A DNA stretch of 64,000 nt, taken from Geopsychrobacteraceae bacterium (GTDB lineage: Bacteria; Desulfobacterota; Desulfuromonadia; Desulfuromonadales; Geopsychrobacteraceae). The translations under genes were made by a program, and so were the position numbers. The notes under the pieces are model-generated. The model was not told the origin of the DNA, ran no database searches, and was given only the letters and a program-made list of their open reading frames with translations. Below, piece by piece: positions 57,336 through 64,000 of this stretch. The DNA lies in NCBI GenBank assembly GCA_963676795.2, contig CAXXTB010000002.1:155647-219646 (forward strand), read 5' to 3'. Each line of letters opens with the position of its first letter. The stretch's first letter is position 1.

Positions 57336-58121
57336 ATGATCAGAGCACTTTGGACAGCTTCAACCGGGATGCAGGCCCAGCAGTTAAATATGGACGTTAT
57401 CGCCAACAACCTGGCCAACGTCAACAGCTCCGGTTTCAAGAAAAGTCGTCCCGATTTTCAGGATATCCTCTATCAGACCACCAAGGCGGCCGGTACCGGC
57501 GCCGCTGGAGGGGAAACCCCGACCGGTGTTCAGGTCGGTCTCGGTGCCAGGGTCGCTTCGGTGACCAAGGTGTTTACCACTGGCGATTTCCAGCAGACCG
57601 AGAACGAGCTGGATGTAGCCATCGAAGGGAGCGGTTTCTTTCAGGTGACCCTGCCTGACGGGACCGACGCTTATACCCGCTCCGGTGCGCTCAAGAAGGA
57701 CAGCACCGGCCAGCTGGTGACTTCGGACGGCTATCCGATCGTGCCGCAGATCGTTATCCCGGAGAATACGACCGCGGTGACGATTACCAGTGACGGTACC
57801 GTCAGTGTCCTGCTCGATGGCCAGAGTGTTCCGACCGAGGTCGGTAACTTCGAGCTGATCCGCTTCGGCAACCCTTCCGGGCTGAAGAGCCTGGGGCGCA
57901 ATCTCTACGCGGAAACACCGACCACCGGTGCCCCGGTTGCCGGGACCCCGGGAAGCGAAGGCTTCGGCACCCTGTCGCAGGGCTTTCTTGAAGGGTCGAA
58001 CGTCAACATCATGGAAGAGATGGTCAATATGATCGCCGGCCAGCGCGCCTATGAGGTCAACTCCAAGGCGATTACTACAGCCGACCAGATGCTGGAAATG
58101 ACCTCGCAGCTGGTTCGTTAA
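57336..58121 (+). CDS. flgG: flagellar distal rod protein FlgG
   Basis: MIRALWTASTGMQAQQLNMDVIANNLANVNSSGFKKSR...GFLEGSNVNIMEEMVNMIAGQRAYEVNSKAITTADQML. Confidence 0.95.
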   Translation: MIRALWTASTGMQAQQLNMDVIANNLANVNSSGFKKSRPDFQDILYQTTKAAGTGAAGGETPTGVQVGLGARVASVTKVFTTGDFQQTENELDVAIEGSGFFQVTLPDGTDAYTRSGALKKDSTGQLVTSDGYPIVPQIVIPENTTAVTITSDGTVSVLLDGQSVPTEVGNFELIRFGNPSGLKSLGRNLYAETPTTGAPVAGTPGSEGFGTLSQGFLEGSNVNIMEEMVNMIAGQRAYEVNSKAITTADQMLEMTSQLVR

Positions 58122-58130
58122 GGTAAGCAT

Positions 58131-58835
58131 ATGAAGAGCTTGGCCCAGTTGATAGTTCTGCTGTTTTTCTGTTCATCGGTTTTCGCCGCCCAGCCGGGTG
58201 TGCTGATCGACAGGCAGGAAATGTTACAGCTGGTGAACGATTATCTGGCCGACCAGTCACGACAACTTCCGAATGTTCAGCTGAAGCTTGCCGATGCTTC
58301 GTTCCCTGCCGCGTTTGAGGTTCCGCAGGGGCGCATTGAGCATCAGCTGATCCCCTCCCGTCCTGGCGTTATCGGCAGCAGCAGGTTGACCCTGATGACC
58401 AGGGTCGATGGCCAGATTGTCGCCAACCAGTCGATCCGCGTCGACCTGCAGGCCCTGGCCGAGGTCGTTGTGGCCAGTGAAAACCTGACCCGCGGCGAGT
58501 TGCTCGATGCCGGGCGGGTCGAGCTGGTCTATCTGGATATCTCCAGGCTGCGTGGACCGATTTTCAGCGTCGAAGATGTCGTCGGCAAGCGGGTCAAGCG
58601 TTCCGTACGGCTCGGCGATGTTCTCGAACAGCAGCAGGTGGAGTTTCCTCCTGTGGTCAAGCGTGGTGAGCGGGTGACGATTCAGGCTCACGGCCGTGGC
58701 CTGGTGCTGACCGCCGTCGGCGAAGCCAAACAGGATGGTCGTATCGGAGAATCGATCCGGGTGCTCAACAGCGGCTCGCGCAATGAGGTGCTCTGCCAGG
58801 TGGTTGCTCCCGGTCAGGTTCAGGTGGAGTTTTAG
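58131..58835 (+). CDS. flgA: flagellar P-ring assembly chaperone FlgA
   Basis: Signal peptide; SAF-like ...VKRGERVTIQAHGRGLVLTAVGEAKQDGRIGESIRVLNSGS. Confidence 0.85.
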   Translation: MKSLAQLIVLLFFCSSVFAAQPGVLIDRQEMLQLVNDYLADQSRQLPNVQLKLADASFPAAFEVPQGRIEHQLIPSRPGVIGSSRLTLMTRVDGQIVANQSIRVDLQALAEVVVASENLTRGELLDAGRVELVYLDISRLRGPIFSVEDVVGKRVKRSVRLGDVLEQQQVEFPPVVKRGERVTIQAHGRGLVLTAVGEAKQDGRIGESIRVLNSGSRNEVLCQVVAPGQVQVEF

Positions 58836-58836
58836 G

Positions 58837-59514
58837 ATGAAATATCTCGCTCTTTTAGTTCTGGGTGCCCTGCTCGGTGCCTGTGCAGGCCCTGCGGCCA
58901 ATGTCGATCTCGATGTCAAGCCGGTAGAGCCGATCGTCACCGAGATTCCAATGCCGAAATCGACGGGTTCGCTGTGGACCGAACCGCGCGGCACCATGTT
59001 CCTTGATAACAAGGGGCGCGCCGTCGGCGATATCGTCACCGTAGTGATTTCGGAAAGCGCCAGCGCCAGTAAGGAAGCGACCACCTCGACGGGACGTTCA
59101 AGTGACATGTCGGCCGGCATTACAAGTCTGCTGGGGCTGGAAAGATCGATCAGCCAGGCAACCAGTATGGATCCTTCCGCTCTGGTTGATGCGAGCACCA
59201 GTAACTCGTTCTCCGGCAGCGGCAAAACGGCGCGCAAGGAAAATCTGGTCGCAACCCTGACCACCCAGGTTATAGAAGTGATGCCGAACGGCAACCTGCG
59301 CATCGAGGGGAATAAGACGGTCACGGTCAACAGTGAGATGCAGATCGTGACCCTGAGCGGGATCGTGCGCTCCAGCGATATCACCCCGGGGAACCTGGTC
59401 GATTCGGCTGATGTGCTCAATGCTCGGATCGCCTACGTCGGCAAAGGGGTGATCAGCGACAAGCAGCAGCAGGGGTGGTTGGTCCGCGGCCTGGACGCAG
59501 TATGGCCGTTTTAG
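58837..59514 (+). CDS. flgH: flagellar L-ring lipoprotein FlgH
   Basis: MKYLALLVLGALLGAC lipobox; GSLWTEPRGTMFLDNKGRAVGDIVTVVISESASASK...NGNLRIEGNKTVTVNSEMQIVTLSGIVR. Confidence 0.93.
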   Translation: MKYLALLVLGALLGACAGPAANVDLDVKPVEPIVTEIPMPKSTGSLWTEPRGTMFLDNKGRAVGDIVTVVISESASASKEATTSTGRSSDMSAGITSLLGLERSISQATSMDPSALVDASTSNSFSGSGKTARKENLVATLTTQVIEVMPNGNLRIEGNKTVTVNSEMQIVTLSGIVRSSDITPGNLVDSADVLNARIAYVGKGVISDKQQQGWLVRGLDAVWPF

Positions 59515-59700
59515 GGGTAGGGCCGATGAGAAGCACCCATCTGCGGCGTTGCCCTTGCTTCGGCTCAACGACGTAGCTGGCGCTACGCCTTATTCGCCGA
59601 ATCTGCGAGCGCCTTGCATCTTGGCAGTTTTGATCGGCCTCGGTAGGGGCGTGGAAAATTAAGGAAGCAAAGCTCTGTCAGAATTAAGTGGGAGCTCGTT

Positions 59701-60816
59701 ATGGTAAATCGAATTTCTGTCAACAAAGTCATCATCACTCTGCTCGTACTCTGGGCGGTTGTTCTGCTTTCGACGGCGGATGCCTCGCGGATCAAGGAAC
59801 TGGCCCAGATTGAAGGGGTACGGGCCAACCAGCTGGTCGGCTACGGCCTGGTGGTCGGTCTGAACGGCACCGGCGACAGCGCCAGTACCGAATTCACCGT
59901 ACAGTCGCTGGCCAATATGATGGAACGGCTCGGGGTGACCGTCGATCCTGAAGCAGTCACCGTCGAAAATGTCGCTGCTGTCATGGTCACTGCGGAGCTT
60001 CCGGCTTTTGCCCGGGCCGGAAGTTCGATCGATGTCACCGTCTCGTCGATCGGCGATGCGGAGAATCTGGCCGGCGGGACTTTGCTGATGACACCGCTCA
60101 AGGCGGGGGACGGTCAGGTCTATGCCGTCGCTCAGGGGGCGCTGGTAGTCGGCTCGCTGGCTTTCGGCGGCAAGGCCGCCAAAGTGCAGAAGAACCATCC
60201 GACCGCTGGCCGTATTCCGGGCGGGGCTTTTGTCGAGCGGGAGGTCCCTTTTGTCTTCGGCCAGGACTCGGCATTGAACTATCGCCTCAAGGATGCCGAT
60301 TTTACCACCATGTCACGGATGACTGCGGCGGTGAACAGTCATTTCGGTGGCCCCTATGCGAAAGCGCTCGATGGCGGTGAGATGACCGTCCAGATTCCGA
60401 AAAGTTACCAGAATAATATCGTCGCTTTTGTCGCCGATCTGGAACGCCTGGAAGTGGCCCCGGATACCCTGGCGCGGATTGTTGTCAACGAAAAGACCGG
60501 TACTATCGTCATGGGTGAAAATGTCAGAATTTCGACAGTGGCGGTTTCTCACGGCAATCTCAGTCTGATTATCAGTGAATCCGAAGATGTCTCTCAGCCG
60601 GCCCCCTTTTCCGAGGGAGAAACGGTTGTTTCCCCGCAGACTCAGGTCGGTGTGACCGAGGAAGACGGTGAGCTGGTGGTCCTCCAGCAGGGGGTCAGTA
60701 TCGGTGATGTCGCCTCTGCCCTGAATGCGATCGGTGCCTCTCCGCGCGACCTGATTGCCATCTTTCAGGCGATCAAGGCAGCCGGTGCCATGTATGCTGA
60801 CCTCGTAGTTCTGTAA
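59701..60816 (+). CDS. flgI: flagellar P-ring protein FlgI
   Basis: RIKELAQIEGVRANQLVGYGLVVGLNGTGDS...; C-terminal DLIAIFQAIKAAGAMYADLVVL. Confidence 0.95.
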   Translation: MVNRISVNKVIITLLVLWAVVLLSTADASRIKELAQIEGVRANQLVGYGLVVGLNGTGDSASTEFTVQSLANMMERLGVTVDPEAVTVENVAAVMVTAELPAFARAGSSIDVTVSSIGDAENLAGGTLLMTPLKAGDGQVYAVAQGALVVGSLAFGGKAAKVQKNHPTAGRIPGGAFVEREVPFVFGQDSALNYRLKDADFTTMSRMTAAVNSHFGGPYAKALDGGEMTVQIPKSYQNNIVAFVADLERLEVAPDTLARIVVNEKTGTIVMGENVRISTVAVSHGNLSLIISESEDVSQPAPFSEGETVVSPQTQVGVTEEDGELVVLQQGVSIGDVASALNAIGASPRDLIAIFQAIKAAGAMYADLVVL

Positions 60817-60839
60817 GCCGTTGCTTACAGAACCACGAG

Positions 60840-60874
60840 ATTTCAAATTTGAAATCTCAGATTTCAGATAAGGT
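60840..60874 (+). repeat. heptad array ATTTCAA ATTTGAA ATCTCAG ATTTCAG ATAAGGT between flgI and flgJ
   Basis: Read directly. 25 of 27 nt identical to the core of copy 1 at 38733-38759 (TCAAATTTGAAATYTCAGATTTCAGAT). Confidence 0.85.
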
Positions 60875-60880
60875 CGAATT

Positions 60881-61183
60881 ATGGATCACAATATTGATGC
60901 TGCCCAGCTGATCAGCCAGACAACCAGCCAGACTCCCAGGGTGAGTAAAGGGCAGGATCCGGAAAAACTCAAGGAGGTCTGCCAGCAGTTCGAGGCGATC
61001 TTTATTCAGCAGATCTACAAGGAGATGCGCAATACCATCCCGAATGAGGGGTATATCCCGCGCGGCAATGCGGATGACATGTATGCTCAGCTCCAGGATA
61101 TGGAAGCGGCAAAAATAACCGCCGAGCGTGGCGGGATCGGCCTTGCCGAGATGATGATGCAGCAGTTAATGGATGAAGAATGA
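60881..61183 (+). CDS. flgJ: rod-binding protein (FlgJ N-terminal domain only, no muramidase domain)
   Basis: 100 aa; CQQFEAIFIQQIYKEMRNT is the Rod_binding motif. The ORF ends right after the domain. Confidence 0.8.
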   Translation: MDHNIDAAQLISQTTSQTPRVSKGQDPEKLKEVCQQFEAIFIQQIYKEMRNTIPNEGYIPRGNADDMYAQLQDMEAAKITAERGGIGLAEMMMQQLMDEE

Positions 61184-61294
61184 CCCAGCGAAAGCTCTGT
61201 GAGAGCTGGCGCAAGGTCATTTTTGCTGTTGGTTCTGGTCGCACTGCCTGTAACGAATCCGTTACCTTTTGAAAGAATCCTTACAAAAAATCCC

Positions 61295-61322
61295 TAAAGA
61301 AACGCGCCCGATGAGTCGATAT
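61295..61322 (+). promoter_or_regulatory. sigma28 (FliA)-type promoter candidate
   Basis: TAAA-N16-GTCGATAT against consensus TAAA-N15-GCCGATAA; the -10 box ends 32 nt before ATG 61355. Confidence 0.45.
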
Positions 61323-61354
61323 AGTTCCAAGGAGTAATCATGGAGGATTAAACG

Positions 61355-61894
61355 ATGGAACGTATCGACAGTACACAATCGTCAGCTCCGCTTGCAACCA
61401 CATCGCAGGAAGCGAATAAAAACAATAAGTTAGAAAAGGAATCAGCGCCCATTGAGGATCGCGTGACCTTGAGTGAGCCTGGCTCCGCCGGGCAGACTTA
61501 CGGCCCCGGGTTCAAAGTCGGTTCCGCTTATGATCTGTTGCGTAACCTGGTGATCAAGACCCTTCAGGATCAGGGGGTACAGGTTCAGGTCAGTACCGGT
61601 GATACGACGATCGATCTGACGACCCTCTCTCCGGAAGAAGCCCAGAACCTGATCTCCGACGATGGCTACTTCGGCGTCGAAAAAACCTCTCAGCGGATCG
61701 TTGATTTTGCCATCAATGCCTTTGGTGGCGATCCGGCCCGGCTGCAGGAGATGAAAGACGCAATCGATCAGGGGTTCGCTGCTGCCCAGGACGCTTTCGG
61801 TGGAGAGTTGCCGGAAATTTCTCAGCAGACTTACGAAGCGATTATGGATAAACTGGATGCCTTTGCAACCCAGTTTGGGAATAACGAGGAATAG
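61355..61894 (+). CDS. hypothetical protein leading the flgM operon (C-terminal half possibly DUF5610-like, from memory)
   Basis: RBS GGAGGA 7 nt upstream. ...DDGYFGVEKTSQRIVDFAINAFGGDPARLQEMKDAIDQGFAAAQDAFGGELPEISQQTYEAIMDKLD. Confidence 0.6.
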   Translation: MERIDSTQSSAPLATTSQEANKNNKLEKESAPIEDRVTLSEPGSAGQTYGPGFKVGSAYDLLRNLVIKTLQDQGVQVQVSTGDTTIDLTTLSPEEAQNLISDDGYFGVEKTSQRIVDFAINAFGGDPARLQEMKDAIDQGFAAAQDAFGGELPEISQQTYEAIMDKLDAFATQFGNNEE

Positions 61895-61903
61895 GAGGCC
61901 GTC

Positions 61904-62197
61904 ATGGTCGATAAAATCTACGGTGGAAAAGGGTTCGCCCCGCTCGGTTCGGTCGGTTATGCCGGCAAGGCCGGTGTGACCAAGAAATCCGACACCGGCG
62001 TCAAGACTGGGGACCGGGTCGATTTTTCCAGTGCTTTGCAAGAGGCCTCTAAGGCTCAGGAGAGCAGCTCTATGCAGGAAACAGCCAGAGCAGAAAGAAT
62101 TCAGGCGCTCAAAAGCCAGATCGAGAATGGCACTTATCAGCCTGACCTTGAAAAGGTCGCCTCCAGTCTGCTGCCGTTCATCATGAAGGATGTCTGA
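61904..62197 (+). CDS. flgM: anti-sigma28 factor FlgM
   Basis: 97 aa; C-terminal RAERIQALKSQIENGTYQPDLEKVASSLL. Confidence 0.88.
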   Translation: MVDKIYGGKGFAPLGSVGYAGKAGVTKKSDTGVKTGDRVDFSSALQEASKAQESSSMQETARAERIQALKSQIENGTYQPDLEKVASSLLPFIMKDV

Positions 62198-62199
62198 AA

Positions 62200-62553
62200 A
62201 TGACCGCCGTTGATGTCAGAACGCAACTCGAAACCCTGCTTGACCTGCTGCGTCAGGAGCGCGAATGCGCCATGGCTCTCGATATGCAGGGGCTGCAAGC
62301 GGTTGTCGAGAACAAGGAAGCTCTGCTGGCAGGGCTGACGCTTGAGCGTGAAGATGTCGTCGGCCTGGAAGACCTTCTGCGCAAGATAGATAATGAAAAC
62401 AGGCGTAACGCCTTTTTGCTCTGGACCGGCCTTAACTGGGTCCGGGATTTGATGGGCTTTTTCGGTAAGGCCGCCATGCCGCAGGTCTATGGACAGAGCG
62501 GCAGTTCCAGGACCCTGACACAAGGCGGACGCTTACTCTCCGGGAAGGTGTGA
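62200..62553 (+). CDS. flgN: FlgN-family flagellar chaperone
   Basis: 117-aa helical protein, LETLLDLLRQERECAMALDMQGLQAVVENKEALLAGL; sits between flgM and flgK. Confidence 0.75.
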   Translation: MTAVDVRTQLETLLDLLRQERECAMALDMQGLQAVVENKEALLAGLTLEREDVVGLEDLLRKIDNENRRNAFLLWTGLNWVRDLMGFFGKAAMPQVYGQSGSSRTLTQGGRLLSGKV

Positions 62554-62554
62554 T

Positions 62555-63937
62555 ATGGGTTTAGCTGCAGCACTCAATTCAGGACGTTCTTCACTGCAGA
62601 CCAACCAGAAGGCGATCGAGATCACCGGCCTGAATATTGCCAACGTCAATACCGAAGGCTATTCTCGCCAGACGCCGAACATGACCCCGTATCCGGCTCT
62701 GGCCTTCGGCGATTTCTTTATCGGCACCGGCGTCACTGTCGGTTCTGTCGAACGTTCCCACGATGTCTTTCTCGATGGTCAGATCAAGGATAAGTCGGCC
62801 GATGTCGGCCTGGAGAGCAGTATGGCCAATCCGCTGGCCGAGCTGGAGCGAGTCCTGAACATCGATGATGGCAGCCTGTCCGATGAGTTCGATCAGTTCT
62901 TTGACGCCTGGCGGCAGTTGTCGACCAATCCGGGTGGTGAGGTCGAGCGCCAGCAGGTCCTGCAGCGCGGCGAACTGATCGGCGACGCTTTTGCCAATAT
63001 CTATAACGAGACCCAGCAGGTCGTTAAAAATATCAACAATACCATCGTTTCGAAGATCGACGGTGTCAATCTGGCGGTCGATGAGATCGCTCAGCTGAAT
63101 AACCGGATCTCGTCTCTGGAGCTGTCCGGTCAGGACGCCAATTCCGACCGTGACCGGCGTGACTATCTGCTCAAGAACCTGGCTGAATCGATCGGGGCAA
63201 CCAGTTTCGAAACCTCGACCGGTACGGTTTCGGTGCAGTTGGGCAACGGTATGCCGTTGGTCGAAGGCAACGAAGCGACCCATATCGCCGCCGTTTACAA
63301 CGGCACCGACGTCAATCTTCAGCTCGAGTACGGCACCGCCAATATCGATCTGGAGCGGACGGCGATGGGGGGCGAGTTCCGTGGCCTCTATGAGGTGCGC
63401 GATGTGGTGATTCCCGACGCCGTCAATCGTCTCGATCAGCTGGCCTATACCTTCGCCACTGAAGTCAATGCCATGCACCAGGCCGGGACCGATCTGAACG
63501 GCAATCCTGGACAGGATTTTTTCGTTCAGCCAGCGGCTGTCACTGACGCGGCTGCCTCGCTGACGATGAACATCACGATGACGGCTGAGATTGCAGCGGG
63601 AACCTCTGCTGCTCATGGAGATAACACCAATTCTCTGGCCATTCTTCAGCTTGAACAGCAGCAGTTTGCGGCTTTGGGCGGCAACGATACCTTCGTCTCC
63701 TATTATGGCAAAATCGTTTCGACCGTTGGCGTTGAGGCGGCCCGTAACAACCAGGCCAGGCAGGGGTATGAAGACAGTCTGATCCAGTTGCAGAACCTGC
63801 GCGACGGCATCGACGGGGTTTCCCTGGAAGATGAAATGATCAACCTGATGCAATACCAGAAAGGCTTCGAGGCTTCAGCCAAGTTCCTGTCGACGATTGA
63901 TGAAATGATGGGAACCCTGCTGACACTGAAAAGTTAG
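62555..63937 (+). CDS. flgK: flagellar hook-associated protein 1 FlgK
   Basis: LNSGRSSLQTNQKAIEITGLNIANVNTEGYSRQ...; C-terminal GVSLEDEMINLMQYQKGFEASAKFLSTIDEMMGTLLTLK. Confidence 0.93.
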   Translation: MGLAAALNSGRSSLQTNQKAIEITGLNIANVNTEGYSRQTPNMTPYPALAFGDFFIGTGVTVGSVERSHDVFLDGQIKDKSADVGLESSMANPLAELERVLNIDDGSLSDEFDQFFDAWRQLSTNPGGEVERQQVLQRGELIGDAFANIYNETQQVVKNINNTIVSKIDGVNLAVDEIAQLNNRISSLELSGQDANSDRDRRDYLLKNLAESIGATSFETSTGTVSVQLGNGMPLVEGNEATHIAAVYNGTDVNLQLEYGTANIDLERTAMGGEFRGLYEVRDVVIPDAVNRLDQLAYTFATEVNAMHQAGTDLNGNPGQDFFVQPAAVTDAAASLTMNITMTAEIAAGTSAAHGDNTNSLAILQLEQQQFAALGGNDTFVSYYGKIVSTVGVEAARNNQARQGYEDSLIQLQNLRDGIDGVSLEDEMINLMQYQKGFEASAKFLSTIDEMMGTLLTLKS

Positions 63938-63944
63938 GTGATTT

Positions 63945-64000
63945 ATGAGAGCGACCCAGACCACGACATATCGCAGCCTGCAGGCGTTCCTTGACCGGAC
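63945..64000 (+). CDS. flgL: flagellar hook-associated protein 3 FlgL, N-terminal fragment (runs off window)
   Basis: ATG after AGGTG; MRATQTTTYRSLQAFLDR... fits the FlgL N-terminus (MR.T....Y..L) and the position after flgK. Confidence 0.7.
   Translation, partial: MRATQTTTYRSLQAFLDR

Noticed and set aside
60821-60871. TTG-initiated 16-codon ORF (MLTEPRDFKFEISDFR*) sharing KFEISDFR with the fliI-fliJ micro-ORF.
   Set aside because: The shared peptide simply reflects the shared nucleotide repeat. There is no RBS, the start lies inside a stable hairpin, and the ORF is not coupled to flgJ.

Overview
GC-rich bacterial chromosome segment, gene content suggestive of Desulfuromonadales (low-confidence inference). 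All family calls come from reading motifs and synteny by eye; no BLAST, HMM or covariance search was run. 1-30.3 kb holds housekeeping and accessory genes: edge-truncated asd (missing from the ORF track), queF, an OMP, a rhodanese, tex, a nitroreductase, a MoxR/DUF58/DUF4129 operon, a lone pilin-like gene, two MCPs, SulP, MFS and a cytoplasmic Mo/W oxidoreductase. A group II intron sits in an intergenic region, and its reverse-transcriptase ORF is split by an in-frame TAG. 30.3-64 kb is a nearly complete flagellar regulon. It starts with an AMIN/TPR gene, then flgBC-fliEFGHIJ-ylxF-like-fliK-flgD-x-flgE | motAB-fliLMNOPQR-flhBAFG-fliA-x | flgFGAHIJ | x-flgMNKL. The order is Bacillus fla/che-like, yet L/P-ring genes are present. 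Most interesting are features below the ORF-track cutoff. (1) Three tandem 31-33-codon hydrophobic peptide genes (18556-18976), each with an AAAGGAG RBS. Copies 1 and 2 differ mostly at synonymous sites, and a sigma54-like promoter lies upstream in an AT-rich islet beside an orphan RelE-like gene carrying a CxxC..CxxC insert. (2) ATYTSAR heptad arrays at exactly three flagellar gene junctions. One lies inside a 54-nt tandem duplication that also forms a 35-codon ORF bridging fliI and fliJ. (3) A membrane-anchored HTH-like gene translationally coupled to fliA, at the position of Bacillus swrB.
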